Positions 9,015 through 19,196 of a DNA stretch of 64,000 nucleotides are shown piece after piece. The position numbers and the translations under genes were made by a program. Origin of the DNA: a bacterium (GTDB taxonomy: Bacteria; Patescibacteriota; Minisyncoccia; 2-02-FULL-40-12; IGHO2-12-FULL-4). The stretch's first letter is position 1; each line of letters starts with the position of its first letter. The stretch lies in contig JAUSIQ010000003.1 in the NCBI GenBank assembly GCA_030647955.1, forward strand, positions 2,111 through 66,110, in the 5' to 3' direction. The notes under the pieces are model-generated. The model was not told the DNA's origin. It was given only the letters and a program-made list of their open reading frames with translations, and did no database searches.

Positions 9015-9952
9015 ATAAGCTGCTCGATAATTGAAGATATTTTTTCTCCATCTTCTTTGGTACCGGTTATCACCATGCGGCGATGCTCGATTTCTGGTGG
9101 AAGTACAAACTGCTCTACTGTCCGAAGCTGATCCAGCCATTGCGATTTCGGGACTTGGCGGCGCCGAAGATTGTTTATCAGGACATGGCGATTGGCAGGA
9201 ACCAGTAAGATGATGGTGAGATTTATCTCATACCGCCGTGCGTAAAGAGCCGAAGCTCCTTTGGGCGTTAGGGCGAATATTCCGGAGCTGTCCTTTAGGA
9301 TAGCTCGAATATCTTTCATATTGGAGCCATAATATTCTCCTCGAAAAGAATCATGCTCAGCAAAAGCTCCGGCCTTAATCTGTGATTCGAAAAAATCTCG
9401 AGCGACAAAATTATAGGAGGACATCTCTTCTTCTCGGTTGTGCTCTCGTAATCGACGCGTCGTAGTATTTTTTACTCGACGAATCTTGCTGGGCAGAGTG
9501 TTGAGGAGCCAGTTCATCCAATAAGTTTTTCCGATAGCGGTTGGCCCCACTAAGGCAATCAGGTGGTGAGGTCCGCGAACTTGTGCCAGAAGATCACCAA
9601 ATTCTGGCTGCATATTTTTATAATACAGATACCATTCAGGATCAAAGCTAAGATCGATGCGTAATTCTTGACCGGTTTGAATGGCTTGTTTCAGTTCGTT
9701 CATCGCTCCGGCGGAGATCCCAAAAACTCCGGAAGCGTCACAGATGGCCTGATATTTAAGCATAAACTTTAAGGTACCTTCTCGGCCTAAGGACCCCCCT
9801 TCAAAATCTCGATACGGACCGGCATCGAAGGGAATAGTGGGGGCGTATCCCCAGCTACGCACTTTTTCCCGAATGCGTTCAATGTGTTCCGGCCCATAGG
9901 GATCAGATAAAAAACGAGTGGGCATAATACAGTACATAATTTTCCCGGCCAT
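9011..9952 (-). CDS. Two-domain protein: N-terminal nucleoside 2-deoxyribosyltransferase/DNPH1-like domain fused to a C-terminal guanylate-kinase-like P-loop kinase
   Basis: C-terminal domain has P-loop GPTAIGKT and a TTTRRLREHNREEE...YNFV segment resembling the Gmk TTR..R.GE..G.DY.FV motif. N-terminal domain has a GxSxGxxxELxxAxxxG pattern (ISAGAMNELKQAIQTG) like NDT-family proteins. Confidence 0.45.
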   Translation of the reverse strand: MAGKIMYCIMPTRFLSDPYGPEHIERIREKVRSWGYAPTIPFDAGPYRDFEGGSLGREGTLKFMLKYQAICDASGVFGISAGAMNELKQAIQTGQELRIDLSFDPEWYLYYKNMQPEFGDLLAQVRGPHHLIALVGPTAIGKTYWMNWLLNTLPSKIRRVKNTTTRRLREHNREEEMSSYNFVARDFFESQIKAGAFAEHDSFRGEYYGSNMKDIRAILKDSSGIFALTPKGASALYARRYEINLTIILLVPANRHVLINNLRRRQVPKSQWLDQLRTVEQFVLPPEIEHRRMVITGTKEDGEKISSIIEQLI

Positions 9953-10016
9953 GCTTCTCCTAATTTTTAAAGAATCATAGTATCGAGCATAATTTTTATT
10001 CGGAACCTTGTCATCG

Positions 10017-10045
10017 TTGACTTTACTAAATAAAATCCTTATAAT
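10017..10045 (+). promoter_or_regulatory. Consensus sigma70-type promoter TTGACT-17-TATAAT upstream of metG
   Basis: TTGACT (10017-10022), 17-nt spacer, TATAAT (10040-10045); ATG at 10063. Confidence 0.5.
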
Positions 10046-10062
10046 TTAATGGATTTTCGATT

Positions 10063-11625
10063 ATGTCCAATAAATATTTTATTACAACTGCGATTCCGTA
10101 TGTAAATGCTAACCCGCATCTGGGCCATGCTTTAGAATTGGTGCAAGGCGATGCTTTAGCGCGGTATCAGCACAATCTAGGAAAAGAAGTCTGGTTTCTG
10201 AATGGCACCGACGAAAATGCCTTGAAAAATGTGCAGTCGGCGGAAAAAGCCGGAGAAGAAGTTAGGCCATTTGTGGATCGCTACGCGGAAACTTTCAGAA
10301 AACTTAGCAAGACCCTCCATATTTCTAATGATGATTTTATCCGCACCACCGAAGAGCGGCATGTTAAAGGTGCGCAAAAACTTTGGCAGGCGTGTGCCGC
10401 GGCCGGAGATATTTATAAAAAGAAATACAAAGGGCTTTACTGTGTGGGCTGTGAAACTTTTTACACCGAAAAAGATTTATTGAATGGCCTTTGTCCTGAA
10501 CATAAAACGAAGCCGGAGGAAATCGAAGAAGAAAATTATTTCTTTAAGCTCGCGAAATATCAAAAAGAAATTTACAAATTAATTAAAAGCGATGAGCTGA
10601 AAATTATTCCTTCGTCCAAGAAAAACGAATTACTTTCTTTCATTGATCAAGGTTTGGAAGATTTTAGTATTTCACGCAGCCGAGAAAGGGCTAAGGATTG
10701 GGGTATTCCGGTTCCGGGAGACGACTCCCAGATTATTTACGTTTGGTTCGATGCTCTGTCGAATTACATTAATGCCATTGGTTACGGAACGGACGAGGCG
10801 AGGTTCAAAGCTTGGTGGCAGGAGAATTTAAATACCGCTCACGTGATTGGGAAGGGCATTACTCGATTTCATGCTATCTACTGGCCGGGTATGCTTTTAT
10901 CGGCAGGGTTGGCTTTGCCTAAAACAATTTATGTTCACGGCTATTTGACGATCGACGGAGAAAAAATCTCCAAGTCTTTGGGTAATGTGATCGATCCGTT
11001 TGAAGTGGTTAAAAAATACGGAGTTGATCCGGTGCGATATTTCTTATTGCGGGAAATTCCTTCTGGGGAAGATGGCGATTTCTCTTACAAGAAACTGGAG
11101 GACCGTTATCAGGCGGATTTAGCCAACGGGCTGGGTAATTTGGTACAGAGAGTTCTGACGCTGATCGAGAATGGTTTACTGGGTGAGGTGAACTATCTAA
11201 GTAATTTGGAGGACTTGGCTGTGCAGGAAGCGATTGTTAAAAGCAGAAAAAAATATGACGAAAGCTTTGAGGATTTTCGTTTACACGAGGCTTTGGGAGC
11301 AATATTTGATCTAGTCGGCTTTGCAAATAGCTATGTCAATGAGCACAAGCCTTGGGAGCTGGTTAAAATTCACCCCGTCAAATCCAGCGAAGCTGGTGCG
11401 CCAAAGGCGCAATTTGACGGGGCAAGCCCCGAACACTTCTTGAAAGTAATGATTAATCTGGTCAGGTTGAATTTAGAGATTGCGTTGTGGCTAAAACCAT
11501 TTTTACCGGAAACGGCCGATAAGATTTTAGAATCATTTGGATTCACGGGGAAAGATTTAGATCACCTTGATCATCAGAAATTAGTTATTAAAAAAGGAGC
11601 CGGACTCTTTCCGCGTCTAGGATAA
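10063..11625 (+). CDS. metG: Methionyl-tRNA synthetase (short form)
   Basis: HIGH-type motif PYVNANPHLGHA, KMSKS-type KISKSLGN, zinc knuckle CVGCETF...CPEH. Confidence 0.9.
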   Translation: MSNKYFITTAIPYVNANPHLGHALELVQGDALARYQHNLGKEVWFLNGTDENALKNVQSAEKAGEEVRPFVDRYAETFRKLSKTLHISNDDFIRTTEERHVKGAQKLWQACAAAGDIYKKKYKGLYCVGCETFYTEKDLLNGLCPEHKTKPEEIEEENYFFKLAKYQKEIYKLIKSDELKIIPSSKKNELLSFIDQGLEDFSISRSRERAKDWGIPVPGDDSQIIYVWFDALSNYINAIGYGTDEARFKAWWQENLNTAHVIGKGITRFHAIYWPGMLLSAGLALPKTIYVHGYLTIDGEKISKSLGNVIDPFEVVKKYGVDPVRYFLLREIPSGEDGDFSYKKLEDRYQADLANGLGNLVQRVLTLIENGLLGEVNYLSNLEDLAVQEAIVKSRKKYDESFEDFRLHEALGAIFDLVGFANSYVNEHKPWELVKIHPVKSSEAGAPKAQFDGASPEHFLKVMINLVRLNLEIALWLKPFLPETADKILESFGFTGKDLDHLDHQKLVIKKGAGLFPRLG

Positions 11626-12428
11626 TGTATATCGATTCTCATTCTCATCCACAATTTCCTCAATACGATCAGGACCGAGAGGAAATGATTACGCGCACCC
11701 TGCAAAGGGGTGTAAAAATGATTTGTGTAGGTACGGATTTGGAAATGTCTAAGAAGGCAGTGGAGTTGGCGGAGGGACAAGAAGGAATTTGGGCGAGTGT
11801 TGGTCTTCATCCTAATGATAATCTCGACGAGGTATTGGATATAGAAGAATATCGAAAACTTTTGGTGCATCCGAAAGTGGTGGCAGTGGGGGAGGTGGGT
11901 TTGGATTATTTTCGCACTACCGGGGAAGAAAATATTTTTAAGCAAAAAGATCGTTTTATTAAATTCTTAGAGCTTTCCAGGGAATCAGGCAAGCCGCTCA
12001 TTCTGCACTGTCGAGAAGCTTATCAAGACATGTTAGAAATGATCAGCTCAGCTGGAACACTGTTTGGCGGGTCGGCAGTGCGGGGAGTGTTGCATTCATT
12101 CACCTCTACTTGGGAAGTAGCTCAAAAATTTATTGATCTCGGTTTCTACATTGGTCTCAATGGCATTATTACCTTCCCTCCTTCGCGTAAAGCTACGGAA
12201 GGGCAAGCACCGAGCAGTTTAGATGAGGTAATAAAAAATATCCCCTTAGACAAATTACTTTTGGAAACCGATGCTCCGTATCTTTCTCCGATTCCGCATC
12301 GGGGAAAGAGAAATGAATCCAGTTACATAGAATTTGTGGCACAAAAAATCGCCCAAATGAAGGGCGAGTCCGTAGAAAAGGTGGCCGAAGAAACCACCAA
12401 GAATACTAAAAAATTATTTGGTATCTAG
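11625..12428 (+). CDS. tatD: TatD-family metal-dependent DNase/hydrolase
   Basis: MYIDSHSH...VGLHPND...GEVGLDY motifs; classic metG-tatD adjacency. Confidence 0.8.
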   Translation: MYIDSHSHPQFPQYDQDREEMITRTLQRGVKMICVGTDLEMSKKAVELAEGQEGIWASVGLHPNDNLDEVLDIEEYRKLLVHPKVVAVGEVGLDYFRTTGEENIFKQKDRFIKFLELSRESGKPLILHCREAYQDMLEMISSAGTLFGGSAVRGVLHSFTSTWEVAQKFIDLGFYIGLNGIITFPPSRKATEGQAPSSLDEVIKNIPLDKLLLETDAPYLSPIPHRGKRNESSYIEFVAQKIAQMKGESVEKVAEETTKNTKKLFGI

Positions 12429-12473
12429 ATTTGTAAAAGAGTCTAAAATCTCTTAAGATTTCAATATATCGTC

Positions 12474-14813
12474 ATGAAGTATAATCCCTCCAAAATTGAA
12501 AAAAAATGGCAGAAGACTTGGTTAAAAGAAGGAGTCTACGAGCCGAATTTTAAAAATCCCCGAGAGAAGGGTAAATTTTATAATCTAATGATGTTTCCTT
12601 ATCCTTCGGCCGAAGGGTTACACGTGGGAAATATGTACGCCTTCACGGGCAGTGATATTTACGGCCGCTTCAAGAGAATGGCGGGGCACGATGTTCTGGA
12701 GCCGATCGGGTTGGATGGTTTTGGGATTCACTCTGAAAATTACGCTATCAAAGTTGGAACGCATCCGGCGGATCAGACTAAAAAAAGCGAGAAAAACTTT
12801 TATCGCCAGCTGACGGAAATTGGCAATGGTTTTGCCTGGAAAGAAAAACTGGAAACTTATGATCCCGAATATTACAAATGGACGCAATGGCTTTTCATCC
12901 AAATGTTTAAAAACGGTTTGGTTTATCGCAAGAAGCAGCCGGTCAATTGGTGTCCTTCGTGTAAGACGGTTTTGGCGGACGAGCAGGTTATTCTTGCCCA
13001 TCGAAACCTTGGCGAAGTTGGGGGCGGAGAGTGTGAGCGGTGTGGAACGAAAGTAATTAAAAAAGATTTGGAGCAGTGGTTTTTCAAAATTACCGATTAT
13101 GCGGAGAGGCTTTTGAATAACTTGGAAGATATTGATTGGTCGGAAAAAATTAAAGTGGCCCAAAGAGCCTGGATTGGGAAAAGCGAAGGAGCGCTTTTGA
13201 AATTTTCGATTGCTAAATCTCAATCTGTTATCGATGTTTTTACGACCAGGGCAGATACTTTATACGGCGCAACTTATATGGTTTTAGCTCCAGAGCACCC
13301 TTTGGTTAATGAGCTTAAGTCGCAAATTACGAATTGGGATGAGGTGCAGGCTTATCGAGAAAAGGCCAAAGGCAAAACCGATATCGAGCGTACCGCGGAG
13401 GGCAAAGAAAAAACCGGTGTGGAACTGAAGGGAATCAAAGCGATTAATCCTGCCAATAATCAGGAAATTTCAGTGTGGATTGCGGATTATGTTTTAGCTG
13501 GTTATGGAACGGGAGCAATTATGGCGGTGCCTCAACACGATGAGCGGGATGCGGAATTTGCTAAGAAATTTGATCTGCCGTTCAGTGATGCGCCGTTAGT
13601 AGCTGTGGACGAAATTGTTAAAAAAGTTAGCGGCAAAAAAATTACGCAATATAGGTTACGTGATTGGTTGATTAGTCGTCAGCGCTATTGGGGTCCGCCC
13701 ATTCCGATGATTCATTGCGAGAAATGTGGCTGGCAGCCCGTACCGGAAAAAGATTTGCCTGTGAAGCTTCCTAAAATTGAAGATTTCAGACCAACCGGAA
13801 CCGATCAGTCTCCGTTAGCTTCGGTTGAAAAATTCTATAAAACGAAATGTCCAAACTGTAAGGGTGAGGCTCGAAGAGAAACGGATGTTTCCGATACTTT
13901 CTTGGATTCCGCGTGGTATTACCTACGTTATCCTTCAGCGAATCACAAAGAAGAAGCATTCGACCCTGACGTTACGAAAAAGTGGTTGCCGGTAGATATG
14001 TATATTGGTGGAGCGGAGCATGCCGTTTTGCATTTGCTCTATGTGCGCTTCGTGGCTATGGCTTTGCATGATTGGGGATTCTTAAATTTCGAGGAGCCGA
14101 TGACGCGCTTCCGAGCTCACGGACTGATCATTAAAGATGGAGCGAAGATGTCCAAGTCCAAGGGTAACGTGGTTAATCCCGATGAATATATTAAAAAATA
14201 TGGAGCGGATGCCCTGAGAATGTATCTAATGTTTTTAGGACCATTTGAACAGGGTGGTGATTTTCGCGATGAAGGCGTGGCCGGAATTACCCGCTTTTTG
14301 AACCGAGTATGGGCGTTAATAGATAAGGTGCAGAAAGAGGATGTCGCTGAAATTCAAAAAACGCTTCATCAAACTATTAAAAAAGTTACTGAAGATATCG
14401 AAGGCCTGCATTACAATACGGCTATTAGTCAGTTGATGATTTTGCTGCGAGAGATAGAGGATGTGGAAGTGATTTCTAGGTCGCAGTTCGAAATGGTCTT
14501 AAAGCTTTTGGCTCCTTTCGCCCCGCATATCACGGAAGAAATTTGGCGGACGGTATTAAAGAATAAAAAATCAATTCACCTGGAAGCGTGGCCGGAGTAT
14601 AACACTAAACACTTGGTAGAGAAGACGGCTAACCTGGTACTGCAAATTAACGGGAAAACTCGAGAGGTCATGGTTGTTGACCGGGATTTGTCTGAAGCTC
14701 AAGTAAAGGAGCTGGTTTTAGCTTCGGAAAAAATGCAAAGACATTTGGACGGGAAGACTATTAAGAAGTTTATTTACTTACCAAATCGATTGGTCAATAT
14801 TGTGACGGAGTGA
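12474..14813 (+). CDS. leuS: Leucyl-tRNA synthetase
   Basis: PYPSAEGLHVGN (HIGH-like), KMSKSKGN, LeuRS editing and zinc-finger regions. Confidence 0.9.
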   Translation: MKYNPSKIEKKWQKTWLKEGVYEPNFKNPREKGKFYNLMMFPYPSAEGLHVGNMYAFTGSDIYGRFKRMAGHDVLEPIGLDGFGIHSENYAIKVGTHPADQTKKSEKNFYRQLTEIGNGFAWKEKLETYDPEYYKWTQWLFIQMFKNGLVYRKKQPVNWCPSCKTVLADEQVILAHRNLGEVGGGECERCGTKVIKKDLEQWFFKITDYAERLLNNLEDIDWSEKIKVAQRAWIGKSEGALLKFSIAKSQSVIDVFTTRADTLYGATYMVLAPEHPLVNELKSQITNWDEVQAYREKAKGKTDIERTAEGKEKTGVELKGIKAINPANNQEISVWIADYVLAGYGTGAIMAVPQHDERDAEFAKKFDLPFSDAPLVAVDEIVKKVSGKKITQYRLRDWLISRQRYWGPPIPMIHCEKCGWQPVPEKDLPVKLPKIEDFRPTGTDQSPLASVEKFYKTKCPNCKGEARRETDVSDTFLDSAWYYLRYPSANHKEEAFDPDVTKKWLPVDMYIGGAEHAVLHLLYVRFVAMALHDWGFLNFEEPMTRFRAHGLIIKDGAKMSKSKGNVVNPDEYIKKYGADALRMYLMFLGPFEQGGDFRDEGVAGITRFLNRVWALIDKVQKEDVAEIQKTLHQTIKKVTEDIEGLHYNTAISQLMILLREIEDVEVISRSQFEMVLKLLAPFAPHITEEIWRTVLKNKKSIHLEAWPEYNTKHLVEKTANLVLQINGKTREVMVVDRDLSEAQVKELVLASEKMQRHLDGKTIKKFIYLPNRLVNIVTE

Positions 14814-14834
14814 TAAAGATGTTATCTAGAATAC

Positions 14835-15782
14835 ATGCAAAAGAGGATCGTCACAATCGGAGGAGGGACCGGTACTTATGTCGTGCTCTCGGCACTGAAG
14901 AATTTTGATTTTGATTTGAGTGCCATCGTCTCGATGGCCGATGACGGTGGATCGACCGGGCGACTTCGAGATGATTATGGGGTTTTGCCCCCTGGTGATA
15001 TCCGTCGCTCTCTGATCGCTCTCTCTGCTACTAGTAAGCCCTTACGTAAACTATTTGATTTCCGATTTGAAAACGGAGATCTGGACGGGCACAACTTCGG
15101 CAATCTTTTTTTAAGTGCTTTAGAAAAAATTGAGGGAAGTTTTCATAATGCAGTGCGTACCGCTTCCCAGGTGTTAAATGTGAAAGGAAGAGTAATTCCG
15201 GTGACTTTAAGTAATGTGCGTTTGTGCGCCGAATTGGAAAATGGGGAAGTGGTCACGGGGGAAACTAATATTGATATTCCTCGCCACAATTCCAAATTAA
15301 AAATTAAAAAAATATTTCTTCAGCCCGCGGCCAAATCCAATCGTGACGCCCTGCTCGCCATTCAGAAAGCGGATTTGATCATTATTGGCCCCGGAGATCT
15401 GTACACTAGTATTTTGCCCAATTTTTTGGTGAATGGCATGGTAAAAGCGATAAAAAATTCCAGAGCGCGAAAGATCTATCTTTGTAATCTTATGACCAAA
15501 AATGGAGAAACTAACGGCTTTTCCGTGATAGAATTTTTAGGAGTAATAGAAAATTACCTGGGTAAAGATGTGATTGACTATGTTCTGGTCAATGCCAAAA
15601 AACCGGGTGCGGTGCGGCTCAAGAGATATGCAGAAGAAAACGCGGAGCTGGTTACTTTGGCTAAAGACTATAAAGAACAGCTCAATAAAACGGCTATCCT
15701 GAAAGTGGATCTACTGACTAAAAGCGGATTGATTCGTCACGATACTAAAAAACTAGCCAATAAGATTTTGAACCTGTTATAG
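14835..15782 (+). CDS. yvcK: YvcK/CofD-like gluconeogenesis factor (UPF0052)
   Basis: IVTIGGGTGTYVVLSALK...SMADDGGSTGRLR signature. Confidence 0.65.
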   Translation: MQKRIVTIGGGTGTYVVLSALKNFDFDLSAIVSMADDGGSTGRLRDDYGVLPPGDIRRSLIALSATSKPLRKLFDFRFENGDLDGHNFGNLFLSALEKIEGSFHNAVRTASQVLNVKGRVIPVTLSNVRLCAELENGEVVTGETNIDIPRHNSKLKIKKIFLQPAAKSNRDALLAIQKADLIIIGPGDLYTSILPNFLVNGMVKAIKNSRARKIYLCNLMTKNGETNGFSVIEFLGVIENYLGKDVIDYVLVNAKKPGAVRLKRYAEENAELVTLAKDYKEQLNKTAILKVDLLTKSGLIRHDTKKLANKILNLL

Positions 15783-16432
15783 TGAAAATTATTAAAGTAG
15801 ATCTTAATAAGAATTACGACGAGGCGATTGCCGAAGCATGTCGAGTGCTCCACTTGGGAGGAGTGGTGGTTTATCCTACCGATACAGTTTACGGCCTGGG
15901 AGCGAATGCTTGTGATAATTTAGCGGTTGATCAGGTTTTTAAAATAAAGAAGCGCTCATATACCAAGCCGTTGCCAGTAGTAGCTAGAAATCTCGATTGG
16001 GTTAAAGAGCTGGTCTATATCGACTCTCGCAATCGGAGAGTGGTGGAATCCATCTGGCCAGGGGCGGTTACGGCTATTTTGCCGAAGCGAGATTATCTTT
16101 CCTCCCTGGTAACCGCTAAGGGCCTGTCAGTAGGAGTACGTATTCCCGATTTTCATTTAGTGGACAGGTTGCTAGGCAAATTCGGATATCCTCTAACGGC
16201 TACTTCAGCGAATATCTCCGGAGAAGAATCAACCAATGATATAGATAAAATTGTGGCGCGATTTGAGGGGCAAAGATATAGACCCAACTTAATTTTAGAC
16301 GCGGGTATTTTACCAAAGAGCCAGCCCTTCACGGTTTTGGATCTGACTGCTGATCAGCCGCGCATTTTAAGAGTAGGTCCATCGCGTCCAGAGCAGCTAT
16401 TAAAAATTTTAGGAATAAGTAAAAAGGAATGA
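15782..16432 (+). CDS. tsaC: L-threonylcarbamoyladenylate synthase (TsaC/YrdC/Sua5 family)
   Basis: VVYPTDTVYGLGANA ... RIPD motifs of the YrdC fold. Confidence 0.75.
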   Translation: MKIIKVDLNKNYDEAIAEACRVLHLGGVVVYPTDTVYGLGANACDNLAVDQVFKIKKRSYTKPLPVVARNLDWVKELVYIDSRNRRVVESIWPGAVTAILPKRDYLSSLVTAKGLSVGVRIPDFHLVDRLLGKFGYPLTATSANISGEESTNDIDKIVARFEGQRYRPNLILDAGILPKSQPFTVLDLTADQPRILRVGPSRPEQLLKILGISKKE

Positions 16433-17340
16433 TTATTGATGGTAAGAAAATTGCAGAGGAAGTATTGGGCGAAGTCGCTAACGAAGTAAAAGTTACCCAG
16501 CAGCCGCTAAAGTTATTGGCGGTTTTGATTGGACAGCACCCAGGCAGTAAAAAGTTTTTGGAATTAAAGGGTAAGGCTGCTCAAAAAGTAGGTATTGAGT
16601 TTGAGATGCAGGAGTTTGGCGAGGATCTAACGGAGGGAGTTTTTCTTTCTCGACTAAAGACTCTAGTGGCTCAACCGAAGTATTCTGGGGTGTTAATTGA
16701 GCTACCCGTACCTAAAAGATATCCCACCGAAGCAGCTTTAAATGCGGTGCCTTTAGAAAAGGATGTAGATGTATTATCAGAGAAGGCCCAAAAGAATTTT
16801 TTCTCCGGCGATTTTTCTATTTTACCTCCGGCCGTGGAAGCGGTAAAAATTATTTTTGAAAAACATAATATTGATGTTCGTGGAAAGAAAGTGACTGTTT
16901 TTGGCCAAGGATTATTGGTGGGCAAGCCCATTGCTTATTGGCTTTATCAGCAGGGAGTGATGGTCTCGGTAGTCAATGAGTTTACTAAAAATCCTAAGCA
17001 ATATGCACAAACGGCGGATATTCTTATCTCCGGCGTAGGCAAGGCCCATCTTATCAAAGAGGACATGGTCAAAGAAGGGGCGATAGTGATCGATTTTGGC
17101 TATGAAAGGATAGAGGGTCCCGATTTTTCATCTCGCTTAAATAGAGATAGAAAAATCGAGGATCCTCGATTGCAAAGCAATCGGGAAAAAATGGTGGGGG
17201 ATGTTGATTTTGAAAAAATAAAAGACAGGGCCTCGTTAATTACTCCGGTTCCTGGTGGCGTGGGGCCCATTGTCATCGCGGCCGTTTTAAAAAATCTAGT
17301 GAAATTGGCCGGAAAAGAAAAACCCGCAGGGCGGGTTTAG
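16429..17340 (+). CDS. folD: Bifunctional methylenetetrahydrofolate dehydrogenase/cyclohydrolase FolD (with ~25-aa insertion)
   Basis: IIDGKKIA..., VLIG..PGS, GKKVTVFGQGLLVGKP, PVPGGVGP motifs. Confidence 0.75.
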   Translation: MIIDGKKIAEEVLGEVANEVKVTQQPLKLLAVLIGQHPGSKKFLELKGKAAQKVGIEFEMQEFGEDLTEGVFLSRLKTLVAQPKYSGVLIELPVPKRYPTEAALNAVPLEKDVDVLSEKAQKNFFSGDFSILPPAVEAVKIIFEKHNIDVRGKKVTVFGQGLLVGKPIAYWLYQQGVMVSVVNEFTKNPKQYAQTADILISGVGKAHLIKEDMVKEGAIVIDFGYERIEGPDFSSRLNRDRKIEDPRLQSNREKMVGDVDFEKIKDRASLITPVPGGVGPIVIAAVLKNLVKLAGKEKPAGRV

Positions 17341-19154
17341 CGGATACCTATACGTGCTTTTCTGAAGCGCCAGTATAAGTCCCAATTTTGATTAGAAGTT
17401 TTACTTTCTTTCGTTTTGGGCCGTTTTAAAGTCGGCTTGTTTAGCTCTTCGGCCGGCTGATTTTGTTCTCTCATTATAATCTCTCGGGCCTTGGCTTTGT
17501 AGGGCTCCAGGGCTGGATCGCTGCAGAGCGATGGCCGGTTGTCTACTGGCTTCACAATGCCGCAATCTTTCTGAATGCGCTCATCTTCTTTTTGTTCTTT
17601 GCGGGTGAGGGTTGGTCTATACTGTTTGCTTTGGCGCTCCTTGTCTTCGGCTTGTTCTATTTCTGTGGAAACGCATAGATGAGCCTTCATCTCTAGAAAA
17701 GCGGTGGAATTAGTAGCGTAACTTTCTTTAGGGGGTAGAAAGCTAGATTCGCGTAAAGCAGTAGTGATTCTTTTCGCGAAAGCCGGGTGAGTACGGAAGA
17801 ACGAGGTCTGACGAATGTAGCCATGGTCTCGACCCATTTTTTCAAAGAAGGTCATAAATGACATAGGGTCGTATCCAGTTTTCCAAACATACTGCATGCC
17901 CAGAGTATCTGCCTCGAGTTCAAAGGCGCGGCTGACTCCGAGAAAATTCAAGCTAATAAGCATACCTAATCCGGAAAAACCATATTGGATCAGGTAATAG
18001 CCCAAATAGCCTATCGGGATGAACATGATGGCCAACTGCGCTGCCTGCATGAAGTAGCTTATTAAGCGATCCTTTTTCATTAATCGATTAGTGTGTCTGG
18101 CGGCGACGTGAGCAAGTTCGTGAGCGATGACACCCGCGAGCTGAGCCTCTTCGTCCACCAGGAGCAATAATCCTTTGTTGATATTGATGATGCCGCCGGG
18201 TAAGGCGAAAGCATTCGGATCGTCTTCGGCCGAGATGAGGATGTTGTTCTCTTCCATGGGGATCTTTAGGTCGGAGTTCTTGGCGATGGTCTGCACTAAG
18301 CCGACAACGTAGCTTTTAATGGCCGGATTCTGGTATTGTTTTTGGCGCAATTCATCTAGAAAACGCTGGGCCTCGGGATCTTTCCAGATTTTGACATCCT
18401 CTCCGGCATTGCCAAATCCGAGGTCACGTAAGCCAATATTTTCTGGATTAGCAAAAAGCCGTTCGCTAGATTTACCGGAGGCGAGATCGGCTTTAATCAG
18501 TTTTGATTCCGCTGGCCAATTCGTCAGAATATCCAGATGGGTACCCAGTACTTCATAAAATGTTTTAATGTGCTCGCGCTTGGCTTTGAAGATGTCTTCG
18601 TTGGCTTTAAGTTCCCACTCTTTGGTCTGGCACCCCAGCTTCTTTTTTTGCTCTAAAAGATTTTGATAATCTGCGTCTTTGTCTAGCTGAGTATAGTCAA
18701 TGCGAGGTACTTTCCGAGGCTTGTTATCTTCGATGACGATCTCGTCACTGCGATACTTACTCTCAATCTTCGTCATCTTATTCGCAGCATCTTTAAGCTG
18801 ATTCTGTACTTCTTTTAACTTAGCTTTGTCGCTGGCGTGTTCGCTCTCTAAGGCTAATTTTTCAGCCTTCTCTTTCTCGTCAAATCGCTTCTGTTCCTTT
18901 TCGATTTCCTTGAGATCGTACTGCACCATTTCCGCCAAAGTAGTTGTTTCTAGAAAAGAATAGTTCTTATAGATTTCTTCAAAGGTGGGCGGCTTAAGTT
19001 GGCTCTTCTTTTGCGCCGCCAAATCGTATAAAGAAATGTGCATCAAAAATGCACTCAAAGTAAGCATAGCGATAACTTTTCTGAACATGAGAACTCCTTT
19101 TTTAAAGATCTCTAATCTGCTTTTGATGATAGATCTTTGAAGGATGGGTGTCAA
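17337..19154 (-). CDS. Secreted/membrane M48-family zinc metalloprotease with N-terminal coiled-coil region
   Basis: Signal peptide; HELAHVAARH (HExxH) within a peptidase M48 core; TM segments after the catalytic motif. Confidence 0.65.
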   Translation of the reverse strand: MTPILQRSIIKSRLEIFKKGVLMFRKVIAMLTLSAFLMHISLYDLAAQKKSQLKPPTFEEIYKNYSFLETTTLAEMVQYDLKEIEKEQKRFDEKEKAEKLALESEHASDKAKLKEVQNQLKDAANKMTKIESKYRSDEIVIEDNKPRKVPRIDYTQLDKDADYQNLLEQKKKLGCQTKEWELKANEDIFKAKREHIKTFYEVLGTHLDILTNWPAESKLIKADLASGKSSERLFANPENIGLRDLGFGNAGEDVKIWKDPEAQRFLDELRQKQYQNPAIKSYVVGLVQTIAKNSDLKIPMEENNILISAEDDPNAFALPGGIININKGLLLLVDEEAQLAGVIAHELAHVAARHTNRLMKKDRLISYFMQAAQLAIMFIPIGYLGYYLIQYGFSGLGMLISLNFLGVSRAFELEADTLGMQYVWKTGYDPMSFMTFFEKMGRDHGYIRQTSFFRTHPAFAKRITTALRESSFLPPKESYATNSTAFLEMKAHLCVSTEIEQAEDKERQSKQYRPTLTRKEQKEDERIQKDCGIVKPVDNRPSLCSDPALEPYKAKAREIIMREQNQPAEELNKPTLKRPKTKESKTSNQNWDLYWRFRKARIGIR

Positions 19155-19196
19155 AATACGCCAAATTAAAAAGCGGTACGCTTTGTACCGCTTGCT

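Noticed and set aside
9031-9213. 60-aa plus-strand ORF inside the kinase-fusion gene
   Set aside because: Antisense to a well-supported minus-strand gene; no RBS.
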